From NCBI GenBank assembly GCA_031368095.1, contig JANLQX010000312.1, forward strand, positions 1 through 56,586: 56,586 bases of DNA, read 5' to 3'. The position numbers and the translations under genes are program-made. The notes under the pieces are model-generated. The model was given only the letters and a program-made list of their open reading frames with translations. It was not told the DNA's origin and searched no databases. Shown here piece after piece: positions 26,365-35,475 of the stretch; position 1 is the stretch's first letter; each line of letters opens with the position of its first letter. This DNA comes from Actinomycetes bacterium (lineage in GTDB: Bacteria > Actinomycetota > Acidimicrobiia > Acidimicrobiales > JANYDT01).

Positions 26365-27767
26365 TTCGGTTGCACCAACCAGACCGTCGTCATGCCGTGG
26401 AGACCGGCTTCGGATTCGGCGTGCGTGAGGATGTGACAATGAAAGGCCCAAGCTCCCGGATACAGCGAGGTCACAATCACGTCGTAACGCTCACCCGGAG
26501 CGATATTCAGGGTGTCCACGTCGTAGGGCTGGGGAAGAAAGTTGCCGTCCTTTGCCACCACCGTCATCCGATGTCCATGAAGGTGCATCGGGTGAATGAT
26601 GAGCCCTTCGTTCATGAAGCGGACCAAGGTCTTTTCACCCACTTTCGCCACGATCGGGGCGGTTGCGGGGAAGCCTTTACCGTTGATCGAAAAGCCGAGC
26701 GGGCCGTCGGACAGAATTTCTGTGTACTCCGTGTCATGCGCCGCAAAGGCCGGAACCGGGGTGCTGGTGCAGTCCACGATGAACCCTCCGAGTAACCCGA
26801 GCGGAACTTGGGTGTCGGCGGAGTGGTGGGAGTGATACATGTGTGACCCGCAGTTGATCGGAGTCAGTGTGTACACATACGTTTGCCCGGGCTTGATCGG
26901 ATCCTGCGTCACGAACGTCACGCCGTCTTGTTTGTTGTCGGCGATCTCAAGTCCATGAAAGTGAATCGACGTTGACTCCGGCAAGTCGTTCTTCAGTCGA
27001 ACCTTCACTGTCTCTCCCTGCTTGACACGAATCTGCGGGCCGGGAACGACACCGTTATAGGTCCACGCCTCCATTCGCTGGCCCGGCGAGACCTCCCACT
27101 GCACCACCCTGGCGGTCAAGTCGAACACCTTTGTGCCATTCTCTACGGTCGGTTGCAGCGGCTGCCCACCCAGTCCCTCCGTCTTGGCCGGGGGTCCCGC
27201 CAAGAACGCCTTGACCACCGCCGCATGAGCTCCATCGATGTCCTTCTTCGGGGCGTCGGTGGCCACCGTGGCCGAGCCATCGGCACCTGCGGCCGCCGGC
27301 CCCACACCATCGGGTCGGGGGACGACGGTGAACGCGCCGGTCATCCCGATATCAACATGACCGGCCACGGCGCAGTACCACTTGTAGGTGCCAGGCTCCA
27401 AGGATCCGAGGTCGAGATTGGCCGACGTGCCTGGCGCGATGTCCGCCGTCTTGGCGACGCCATCGATCACCAGGCTGTGCTTGACGGTTCCGTTGTTGGC
27501 CACGCGAAGTCTGATCGGCCCGGCCGGGAACGACTCGCGATCAGACCGGATCTTGAAATCGGTCAGTGCCACGCGAGCCTCCGTGATGGCCGGAGCCGAC
27601 GCCGTCTTCACCGTGGAACCGCCGTCGTGGCGCACACTGAAGCCAAACGCCACGACGGCGACGATCGCCGCCAGCCCCGCCGTCATCAAAGCAATGAAGG
27701 CAACGCCTACCGCCGAATCGTTGGGAGACGAACCCGGTGAAGCCGTGGGAATAGTCGGTGAGGTCAT
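26361..27767 (-). CDS. multicopper oxidase with extra N-terminal cupredoxin domain and TM anchor
   Basis: The type-1 Cu cupredoxin domain reads YKWYCAVAGHVDIGM. The MCO motifs are HFHGLE, HMYHSHH, HPMHLHGH and HCHILTHAE..GM. I chose the ATG at 27767; the ORF track GTG is at 27794. Confidence 0.8.
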   Translation of the reverse strand: MTSPTIPTASPGSSPNDSAVGVAFIALMTAGLAAIVAVVAFGFSVRHDGGSTVKTASAPAITEARVALTDFKIRSDRESFPAGPIRLRVANNGTVKHSLVIDGVAKTADIAPGTSANLDLGSLEPGTYKWYCAVAGHVDIGMTGAFTVVPRPDGVGPAAAGADGSATVATDAPKKDIDGAHAAVVKAFLAGPPAKTEGLGGQPLQPTVENGTKVFDLTARVVQWEVSPGQRMEAWTYNGVVPGPQIRVKQGETVKVRLKNDLPESTSIHFHGLEIADNKQDGVTFVTQDPIKPGQTYVYTLTPINCGSHMYHSHHSADTQVPLGLLGGFIVDCTSTPVPAFAAHDTEYTEILSDGPLGFSINGKGFPATAPIVAKVGEKTLVRFMNEGLIIHPMHLHGHRMTVVAKDGNFLPQPYDVDTLNIAPGERYDVIVTSLYPGAWAFHCHILTHAESEAGLHGMTTVWLVQPK

Positions 27768-27803
27768 GGCCCCAATGGTGAACGGCGAAGGCACCGTCCC
27801 AAA

Positions 27804-27817
27804 GGGCGGTTGGACCC
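27804..27817. promoter_or_regulatory. weaker DosR-type box GGGCGGTTGGACCC
   Basis: 37 nt upstream of the ATG at 27767 of the oxidase. The USP boxes have the same spacing. Confidence 0.3.
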
Positions 27818-27847
27818 GGCGCCGCGCCGCGCAAGGCCCTTGCGACG

Positions 27848-27861
27848 GGGACGTTGGGCCC
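27848..27861. promoter_or_regulatory. DosR/DevR-type box GGGACGTTGGGCCC
   Basis: 37 nt upstream of the USP ATG at 27898. Confidence 0.4.
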
Positions 27862-27897
27862 TACGACGTCGCTCGACTGCCGCCACATGCTTGCTCC

Positions 27898-28374
27898 ATG
27901 AACGTTGGATCAATCGTGGTTGGCATCGACGGCTCGACGGCGAGCGTGGCAGCTCTCCAGTGGGCCCTGGAAGAGGGCAAGCTTCGATCCACCCGGGTCC
28001 TTGCCGTAACCAGTTGGACGTACCCGAGCATGGTCTTCGCTGATGCGTATTTCCTTCCGGCGGCAGACGCAATCCGCGAGGAGGCCAGCGCCATCCTTGA
28101 GCACGCCATCGCCGACGCCACCGTCGAAACGACGGTGCCCGACTACCTCGACCGACTGGTGAGCGACGATCCCCCGGCGCGAACGCTGCTCGATCTGAGT
28201 GTCGGCGCGGCACTCGTCGTCGTGGGCGCACGCGGACACGGTGGCTTCGTCGGCCTCCTGCTCGGATCCGTGGCCACCCAGGTCGTCAATCACGCAACGT
28301 GCCCGGTGGTCGTCGTTCCGTCGCCGCCCATCGGCTCTCAGGATCCCGGTGTGACCCACACGACGGCGACTTGA
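27898..28374 (+). CDS. universal stress protein (single domain)
   Basis: ORF 27388..28374 trimmed to the ATG at 27898. Sequence: IVVGIDGSTASVAALQWAL...VVVGARGHGGFVGLLLGSVATQVVNHATCPVVVV. Confidence 0.8.
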   Translation: MNVGSIVVGIDGSTASVAALQWALEEGKLRSTRVLAVTSWTYPSMVFADAYFLPAADAIREEASAILEHAIADATVETTVPDYLDRLVSDDPPARTLLDLSVGAALVVVGARGHGGFVGLLLGSVATQVVNHATCPVVVVPSPPIGSQDPGVTHTTAT

Positions 28375-28390
28375 TAGACATCCACTCAAC
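28370..28390. promoter_or_regulatory. HAIR-like (HspR operator) candidate CTTGATA-N7-ACTCAAC
   Basis: Compared with the consensus CTTGAGT-N7-ACTCAAG it matches 5/7 and 6/7. It lies 112-132 nt upstream of the lon ATG and overlaps the USP stop codon. Confidence 0.3.
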
Positions 28391-28501
28391 TTTTCACGCA
28401 GCGGGAATAGCTGATCGGGGAAGTGGGTTGGCTCCTTCACAACATCTGGGTTGACTCGACGTCCATCGTCGGCTCATCCCGCCGGAACGTTCAGGAGTCC
28501 C

Positions 28502-31069
28502 ATGACCACGTCAACCACCCCATCTCGCGCCTCCACCCCGGCGGCGGCGGTGCGCATCGTTCCGGTGCTTCCCCTTCCCTCCGGAGTGGTCCTACCGGGC
28601 CAGGTCGTGACTATTTCGCTGGAAAGCGACGAAGCGAAGGCCGCCGTCGACGGTGCCCTCGGCCATGAACGGCGCGTCCTGCTCGTGCCCCGGCCCGACG
28701 GGCGCTACGCCTCGGTGGGGGTCATCGGCCGTATCGAGAACGCCGGTGAACTACCCAACGGAACCCGGGCGATCGTCGTGCGGGCCACCCGCCGCGCCCG
28801 ACTGGGAAGCGCGGTCGCCGCTCCGGTGCCAACCACCGGCGCCGCAGTCGAGGCGGAGGTCTTGTGGCTCGAGGCAATGCCGGTCGACGAAACTGCGCCG
28901 GCGGCATCGCTGCGCGAGGAAATGCGTGAGTACCGGGCGCTCGTCGAAACCATGGTCGAGCGCACCCAGAACACCCGGGTGTCGATCGATCTCACACAGG
29001 TCGATGATCCGAGTCAGCTGGTGGACACCATTGCCTACTGGCCCGAGCTCTCCGTCGACCGTCGTGTGGCGGTGCTCGAGACGATCGACGTGGCCGACCG
29101 ATTTGCCCTTGTGGCCGAGTGGTTGCGTGACGCCATTGCCGAACACGAGGTCAAGCAAAAGATCGCCCAGAGTGTCGGCGAGGGCATGGAACGTCAGCAG
29201 CGCGAGTTCTTGCTCCGACAGCAGATGGCGGCGATCCGCAAGGAACTCGGCGAGGGAGACGACGGCGCCGATGCCGCCACCGACTACCGCACCCGCATCG
29301 TGGCGTCCACCATGCCCGACGCGGTGCGCCCCGCGGCCACCAAAGAGGTCGACAAGCTGGAACGACTCAACGAACAGAGTCCCGAACAGGGCTGGATCCG
29401 CAATTGGCTCGACACCGTGCTCGACCTCGCCTGGGGAGTGGAGACCACCGACCTTCTTGACATCACCGCCGCCCGCTCCGTACTCGACGCCGACACGACC
29501 GGCCTCGACGATGCCAAGGACCGGATCGTGGAATGGCTGGCCGTCCGCAAGCTCCGGGCCGATCGCGATGAGCGCAACGCCCGCCTCGGCGACACCGCCG
29601 TCGCTCCATCGCCGACGGCATCGACCACCGATGCCGACCAAGCCGATCAAGCCGGTCGAAACGTGATCGAACCCGAAGGTGAGGTTCTTGGAACGGCCGA
29701 CACTGGTCTCACGGCCGGAACCGCCATCGGCGCACGGGTGTCGACCAAGCGTGGGGCCAAGGGCGCGATCATCCTGCTCGTCGGTCCCCCCGGTGTCGGC
29801 AAGACCTCGATCGGCGAAAGTATCGCCCGGGCCCTCGGCCGTTCCTTCGTCCGGGTGGCGTTGGGCGGCATCCGTGATGAAGCCGAAATTCGCGGGCACC
29901 GTCGCACCTATGTCGGTGCGCAAAGTGGTCGATTGGTGAAGGCGCTCCGGGAAGCAAAATCAATGAACCCGGTGATCCTGCTCGACGAACTCGACAAGTT
30001 GGCCACGGGATGGTCGGGAGATCCGGCCGCGGCGTTGCTCGAAGTTCTCGATCCAGCCCAGAACCACACCTTCCGCGATCACTATCTCGAAGTGGATCTT
30101 GACCTCTCCAATGTGGTGTTCATCGCCACCGCCAACACCCTTGATTCCATTGCCGGACCGCTCCTCGATCGAATGGAGATCATCACCGTCGACGGGTATA
30201 CCGATGACGAGAAGGTCGCAATCGCTCGCAATCACCTGCTTCCCCGCCACCTGGTCGAGCACGGACTGGACCACGGAGACGTCCAAATATCGGACTCCGC
30301 GCTGCGCTTGATGATCGAGGGCTATACCCGCGAAGCCGGTGTTCGTTCTTTGGAACGCACCCTGGCGAAGCTCCTCCGAAAAGTGGCCCTGCAGCGCGCC
30401 ACTACTGGTGTCGACGCCACGTCAGCTCTGGTGATCAGCGAAAAAGAACACGTCACCTCCCTGCTCGGTCGGCCGAAGCGCACGACCGAAGAAATTTCGT
30501 CGAGGACCGCACAACCGGGCGTGGCTACCGGTCTTGCCGTCACTGGTGCCGGTGGCGATGTGCTCTTCGTCGAGACCACGTCGATGCCGTCGACCGGTGA
30601 ACTGGGAATCACCGTGACCGGACAGTTGGGAGAGGTGATGAAGGAATCCGCGTCGCTGGCGATGTCGTTCGTTCGAGCCAATGCTGAGGTCCTCGGTATT
30701 GATCCGGCCCGCCTGGAAGGCCGGAGACTGCACGTCCACTTTCCGGCGGGCGCGGTTCCGAAGGACGGTCCGTCGGCGGGCATCACCATGACGACGGCCC
30801 TCGTCAGTCTTCTGACCGATCGGCCGGTGAAATCCACCGTCGCCATGACCGGAGAGGTCACGTTGCAAGGCAAGGTTCTGCCGATCGGTGGGGTCAAGCA
30901 AAAGCTCCTTGCCGCCCATCGAGCGGGAATCAAGACGGTCATCATTCCGGCCCGCAATGAGCCAGATCTTGACGATGTTCCAGCTCACATCCTTGCTGCC
31001 CTTGACGTTCATCCCGTCGAATCCGTCCACGATGTCCTTCGTCTTGCCCTGGCCGAAAGCGCCGCGTGA
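28502..31069 (+). CDS. lon: ATP-dependent Lon protease (LonA type)
   Basis: Lon N-domain (VPVLPLPSGVVLPGQVV), Walker A GPPGVGKTS, and the S16 protease site PKDGPSAGITM. ATG at 28502 within ORF 28451..31069. Confidence 0.9.
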   Translation: MTTSTTPSRASTPAAAVRIVPVLPLPSGVVLPGQVVTISLESDEAKAAVDGALGHERRVLLVPRPDGRYASVGVIGRIENAGELPNGTRAIVVRATRRARLGSAVAAPVPTTGAAVEAEVLWLEAMPVDETAPAASLREEMREYRALVETMVERTQNTRVSIDLTQVDDPSQLVDTIAYWPELSVDRRVAVLETIDVADRFALVAEWLRDAIAEHEVKQKIAQSVGEGMERQQREFLLRQQMAAIRKELGEGDDGADAATDYRTRIVASTMPDAVRPAATKEVDKLERLNEQSPEQGWIRNWLDTVLDLAWGVETTDLLDITAARSVLDADTTGLDDAKDRIVEWLAVRKLRADRDERNARLGDTAVAPSPTASTTDADQADQAGRNVIEPEGEVLGTADTGLTAGTAIGARVSTKRGAKGAIILLVGPPGVGKTSIGESIARALGRSFVRVALGGIRDEAEIRGHRRTYVGAQSGRLVKALREAKSMNPVILLDELDKLATGWSGDPAAALLEVLDPAQNHTFRDHYLEVDLDLSNVVFIATANTLDSIAGPLLDRMEIITVDGYTDDEKVAIARNHLLPRHLVEHGLDHGDVQISDSALRLMIEGYTREAGVRSLERTLAKLLRKVALQRATTGVDATSALVISEKEHVTSLLGRPKRTTEEISSRTAQPGVATGLAVTGAGGDVLFVETTSMPSTGELGITVTGQLGEVMKESASLAMSFVRANAEVLGIDPARLEGRRLHVHFPAGAVPKDGPSAGITMTTALVSLLTDRPVKSTVAMTGEVTLQGKVLPIGGVKQKLLAAHRAGIKTVIIPARNEPDLDDVPAHILAALDVHPVESVHDVLRLALAESAA

Positions 31070-31146
31070 TGGCCAAAACTTCTTTCCGGAACCATTTCGA
31101 TGGAGCGCGTTCGTTCTAGGCCGTACTTTCTGCCAAACTGTCCGCT

Positions 31147-31563
31147 ATGGCAACTAAAGCTGCAAAAAAGAAGACTATGTCCAACGAGCACAAGTCGGCC
31201 TTGGCCGTCGGTCGTACTCAGGGACGTGCGGTTCGGAACTACCTCGAAGCACTTGAGGCTCACAAGCCCAAGCGGGGCCGCAAGCGCACCCCTGATTCGA
31301 TCAGCAAGCGCCTCGCCACGATCGACGTTGAGATCGATGAAGCCGGCCCCATGGATCGCCTTCTCCTCGTCCAGGAGCGGACCGATTTGCAGAACGAGCT
31401 GGAATCACTCGAGGCCGGCATCGATCTTGCCGATTTCGAAGAGGCCTTCATCGCCGAAGCGTTGGAATTCAGCGAGCGCAAGGGCATCAGCTACGCCAGC
31501 TGGCGCGAGCTTGGCGTTGAGCCGGCCGTGTTGAAGGCTGCGGGTATTCGTCGCAGCATGTAA
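31147..31563 (+). CDS. conserved-looking basic/acidic helical protein, unknown function
   Basis: Lys-rich N-terminus (MATKAAKKKT), an RGRKRTP segment and an acidic helical C-terminal half. The first 10 codons are AT-rich, so the ATG at 31177 is an alternative start. Confidence 0.45.
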   Translation: MATKAAKKKTMSNEHKSALAVGRTQGRAVRNYLEALEAHKPKRGRKRTPDSISKRLATIDVEIDEAGPMDRLLLVQERTDLQNELESLEAGIDLADFEEAFIAEALEFSERKGISYASWRELGVEPAVLKAAGIRRSM

Positions 31564-31611
31564 TCCGGCAACATGTAGTTCTCGGGCGCCATCGCCCACC
31601 GTGTTTTACTG

Positions 31612-31639
31612 ACCGACCCGACGACTTCGTCGGGTCGGT
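31612..31639. terminator. bidirectional hairpin between convergent genes
   Basis: ACCGACCCGAC / GTCGGGTCGGT forms an 11-13 bp perfect stem. It lies between the stop at 31563 (+) and the purB stop at 31655 (-). TTTT occurs 5' of it; there is no long U tract. Confidence 0.5.
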
Positions 31640-31654
31640 TCCGCGCTCGGGCGG

Positions 31655-32950
31655 TTACGAACCAATCGCCTCGGCGCTGGCAATCACGCGATGACTATGG
31701 CGCAGCACGCGACCCAGACTGAACGCCTCATCCAGGGCCGATTTGCTCAAGGTCAGGTTGGGTTCGGCGTCGAGGAGTTGGCGGAACGACGTCTCCGTGT
31801 CCCAGGACTTCATCGCCAATTCCTGCACGATCCGGTAGGCATCGTCTCGCGACATTCCCGAACCGACAAGGGCCAGCAGCACCGATTGGCTGAACACCAG
31901 TCCGAAAGAGGCATCGATATTGGCCGCCATCCGCTCGGTATCGACGAAGAGCCCGTCGATCACGGATCGTGCCTTGGCGAGCATGTAGTGGGTCAGCAAA
32001 CACGTGTCGGGCAGGATCACCCGCTCGACCGATGAGTGGGAGATGTCGCGTTCGTGCCACAACGCCACGTTTTCGAATCCGGCCACGAGATTGCCCCGCA
32101 AAATCCGGGCCAGTCCGGCCAACCGCTCGGCGGTGATCGGATTTCGTTTGTGGGGCATGGCCGAGCTGCCCTTTTGGCCCACTCGAAAGGGCTCACGGAC
32201 CTCGCGCACCTCGGTGCGCTGCAGGTGCCGGATCTCGACGGCGATCGTCTCGATGGTGGCGCCCGTCGACGCGCACGCGCTGAGGAATTCGGCGTGACGG
32301 TCGCGAGCCACGACCTGGGTCGCCGGAACCGGCGTTAGGCCTAGTCGTTCGCACACATACGATTCCACCGAAGGGTCAATGTTCGAATACGTGCCCACCG
32401 CGCCGCTGAGTTTGCCGACGGCGATGGCTTCGCGAGCCCGCCGTAAACGGGTGCGATCACGATCGACCGATAGTGCCCACAGGGCCAGCTTGGCGCCGAA
32501 GGTGGTCGGCTCGGCGTGGATGCCGTGGGTCCGCCCCATGCATGGCGTGTCGGCGAACTCCACGGCTCGACGTTGCAGCGAGGCAATCAACGCCGAAGCT
32601 CCGTCGATCAGGAGGTCGGCCGACTCGGTGAGCGCCAGACACAAGGCGGTGTCAACCACGTCGGTCGAGGTGAGGCCGTAGTGGATCCACGACCCGGCCG
32701 GGAAACCGATCGACGCCTGCACGATGTCGACGAACGCGGCGACATCGTGATCGGTAATCTTCTCGCGTTCGAGCACTTCGTCGGCGGTGGCACTGGCCCG
32801 AGCCCGACACACGGCGGCATCGGCGGCGGGCACCACGCCGAGCGCAACGTGGGCCTCGGTGGCCAGCAGTTCGATCTCCAACCAACGGGCGATCTTGGCG
32901 TCATCGGTCCAGATGGCCGCCATCTCCGGGAGCGAGTAGCGGTCGATCAT
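31655..32950 (-). CDS. purB: adenylosuccinate lyase
   Basis: ORF trimmed to the ATG at 32950 (MIDRYSLPEMAAIW). Fumarate-lyase signature GSSAMPHKRNP. The start overlaps the purA stop (ATGA). Confidence 0.9.
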   Translation of the reverse strand: MIDRYSLPEMAAIWTDDAKIARWLEIELLATEAHVALGVVPAADAAVCRARASATADEVLEREKITDHDVAAFVDIVQASIGFPAGSWIHYGLTSTDVVDTALCLALTESADLLIDGASALIASLQRRAVEFADTPCMGRTHGIHAEPTTFGAKLALWALSVDRDRTRLRRAREAIAVGKLSGAVGTYSNIDPSVESYVCERLGLTPVPATQVVARDRHAEFLSACASTGATIETIAVEIRHLQRTEVREVREPFRVGQKGSSAMPHKRNPITAERLAGLARILRGNLVAGFENVALWHERDISHSSVERVILPDTCLLTHYMLAKARSVIDGLFVDTERMAANIDASFGLVFSQSVLLALVGSGMSRDDAYRIVQELAMKSWDTETSFRQLLDAEPNLTLSKSALDEAFSLGRVLRHSHRVIASAEAIGS

Positions 32951-34224
32951 GGGAGGGCGATCATCTGGTCGCGGGCCGGGCCGATGCCAAGCATCGACAC
33001 GCGCACGCCGCTGGTCTCGGCGAGACGCCGAAGGAACGCTTGCGCGTTCGTCGGAAGCTCGTCGAAGCGCCGACACGACGTGGTGTCGGCCTGCCAACCG
33101 GGCAGTTCCTCATAGACCGGTACGGCGCGTTCGAACAGGCCGAGATCGGCGGGGAGAAACTCGTGGCGCACTCCGTCGATGTCATAGGCCACGCAGATCT
33201 TCACCACGGGCAGTGGATCGAGGATGTCGAGCTTCAGAATGGCCAGTTCGGTGAGCGAGTTGAGGCGCACGGCTTGGCGCATCATCACTGCGTCAAACCA
33301 ACCAGCGCGACGACGGCGGCCGGTCACGGTGCCAAACTCGTGACCGCGTTCAACAATGTCATTGCCGATCGCGTCGTGGAGTTCGGTGGGAAAGGGTCCG
33401 GCCCCCACGCGGGTCACGTAGGCCTTGGCGATACCGACGATTCGGGTGAGATCTCGGGGACCCACGCCGGCACCAGCGCAGGCGGCGCCGGCGATGGGGT
33501 TCGACGATGTCACGAAGGGATAGGTGCCGTGATCGATGTCCAGGAACGTGGCTTGCGCGCCCTCGAAGAGCACTGCCTTCTGGGCGGTCAAGGCGCGGTG
33601 AATCAGGTCGACGGTATCGGCGACATAGGGCGCAAGGCGCGGCGCGAAAGTATCGAGATACTCGGCCGCCACGTCGTGCTCATTGATCGGGTCGGCGTCG
33701 AACACCTTCGTCAGGATCAGATTCTTTTCCACCAATGCGTAGCGGAGGCGTTCACGAAAACGGGTGGGCGACAGCAGGTCCTGCACGCGGATTCCCTCAC
33801 GGGCCACCTTGTCGACGTAAGCGGGGCCAATCCCGTTCTTGGTCGTACCGAGTGCCCGCTCACCGCGTTGCGCTTCAGCGAGGGTGTCAAGCACCTGATG
33901 CCACGGCATGATGAGGTGCGCGTTGGTGCTGACTCGCAGGCGTGAGGTGTCGATGTCGGCGCCGCCCAGCATGTCGAGTTCGGCGAACAGGGTGGGGAGA
34001 TGCAGAACCACGCCGTTGGCGATGATCGGAATCACGTGGGGATACAGGATCCCCGACGGGGTCAGCCGAAAGGCGAACTTTCGGTCACCGACAACGACCG
34101 TGTGTCCGGCGTTGTGGCCACCCTGGTACCGCACGACCACGTCGGAGCTCTCACTGAGCAGGTCGACGACCTTGGCCTTACCTTCGTCGCCCCACTGTGT
34201 GCCGACAACAACGGTTCCAGTCAT
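32947..34224 (-). CDS. purA: adenylosuccinate synthetase
   Basis: Motifs: VVVGTQWGDEGKAKVVD (P-loop), GGHNAGHT, GTTKNGIGPAY. Confidence 0.9.
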   Translation of the reverse strand: MTGTVVVGTQWGDEGKAKVVDLLSESSDVVVRYQGGHNAGHTVVVGDRKFAFRLTPSGILYPHVIPIIANGVVLHLPTLFAELDMLGGADIDTSRLRVSTNAHLIMPWHQVLDTLAEAQRGERALGTTKNGIGPAYVDKVAREGIRVQDLLSPTRFRERLRYALVEKNLILTKVFDADPINEHDVAAEYLDTFAPRLAPYVADTVDLIHRALTAQKAVLFEGAQATFLDIDHGTYPFVTSSNPIAGAACAGAGVGPRDLTRIVGIAKAYVTRVGAGPFPTELHDAIGNDIVERGHEFGTVTGRRRRAGWFDAVMMRQAVRLNSLTELAILKLDILDPLPVVKICVAYDIDGVRHEFLPADLGLFERAVPVYEELPGWQADTTSCRRFDELPTNAQAFLRRLAETSGVRVSMLGIGPARDQMIALP

Positions 34225-34238
34225 ATCGGTGCGTCACG

Positions 34239-35435
34239 CTACCCCGCCAGCGCCGCGGTCCCACCCCGATGGGGAAGAGACGTGGGCATATGCCGGGAGA
34301 CCGGCACCGCGAGAACGACCGCTGCCGCGGCAATCACGTACATCACTCGTGTGCCGGAGCCGTCGTCGGCAACGACGGCGGCGAGCACCACGCTGGCGAC
34401 GATGCTGCCAACGTAGCGACTGGCCGACAGCACTCCGGCGGCCACTCCGGTGCGCTCCGGGGGCACCGTCTCGAGCCCGGCGGAAACCATCGATGGCGAG
34501 GCAAACCCCAAGCCCACCCCGAAGAGCGCGAGGGCCATGATCAGCACGGACGGGGCAACGTCGACGCCATAGGGCACCAGCACGAGAGTTCCGGTTGCGG
34601 CGACCACCAGTCCGGCCGCGATCGCCCGCTTCTTGCCATGACGATCACCGAAGCGACCGCCGGGCGGCCCCATCACGATCAAACCAATCGTCAAGGCCGA
34701 GAGCGCAAGGCCGGTAGTTCCCGAACTCCAGCCCCGATGATCGAGCACAATCGGAGCGATCAGGAGAAACGAATACTGACCAAGATTGGCCAGGGCCTGG
34801 GTGAAGAAGGCGGCAACAAAACCGGTCCTCACATCATTCGTACGTGTACGTACTATTGTCTCAGAAGGCTTGACATTGGTGAGAACTCGTGCGGGGACGG
34901 ACACCCTGAACAACACGGCGAGAGCGACCGCCGCGATCGGAACGTTGGCCACGAAGATCGCCTTCCACCCAAAGGCCGAAACCAACACGCCGCCGATGAT
35001 CGGTCCGGCGGCGGCTCCGACTCCGACAACCGATCCGAGAATGCCAAACGCGTGCCCCCGCTGCTCGGGTCGCGTGATTGACCGCAACATCGACTGCACA
35101 CTCGGAGCGAGAGCTGACGCGAACACGGCCTGCGAACCACGGGCCACGACGAGCCATCGAAACGTTGGTGACAACGCGGCGCCGACCGAACAAAGCCCAA
35201 AGCCGAGCAGCGAGATCATGGTCAGCCGCTTGTTGCCGATGGCGTCGCTGAGTCGGCCCGACAATGGCTGACCGATCAACATCGCCACGAGATACACGGT
35301 GATGAGCAGGCCCGCGTGGCCGCGCCCGATCCCAAAGCTGCGAGCCAGCTTCGGGAGGGCGACGGCCACCATTGTTGAGTTGAGCGGGACCAGGCCCGAC
35401 GCCAGCGCAATGCCAATGATGGTGCTGCGGGGCAT
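34239..35435 (-). CDS. MFS transporter (drug/H+ antiporter-like)
   Basis: ATG at 35435. 12 or more hydrophobic segments. MFS motif A-like GRLSDAIGNKR. Confidence 0.8.
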   Translation of the reverse strand: MPRSTIIGIALASGLVPLNSTMVAVALPKLARSFGIGRGHAGLLITVYLVAMLIGQPLSGRLSDAIGNKRLTMISLLGFGLCSVGAALSPTFRWLVVARGSQAVFASALAPSVQSMLRSITRPEQRGHAFGILGSVVGVGAAAGPIIGGVLVSAFGWKAIFVANVPIAAVALAVLFRVSVPARVLTNVKPSETIVRTRTNDVRTGFVAAFFTQALANLGQYSFLLIAPIVLDHRGWSSGTTGLALSALTIGLIVMGPPGGRFGDRHGKKRAIAAGLVVAATGTLVLVPYGVDVAPSVLIMALALFGVGLGFASPSMVSAGLETVPPERTGVAAGVLSASRYVGSIVASVVLAAVVADDGSGTRVMYVIAAAAVVLAVPVSRHMPTSLPHRGGTAALAG

Positions 35436-35475
35436 TGTCGGCTCCGCGTTGGGCCGGGCCTCAGGGCCGCGTGAG

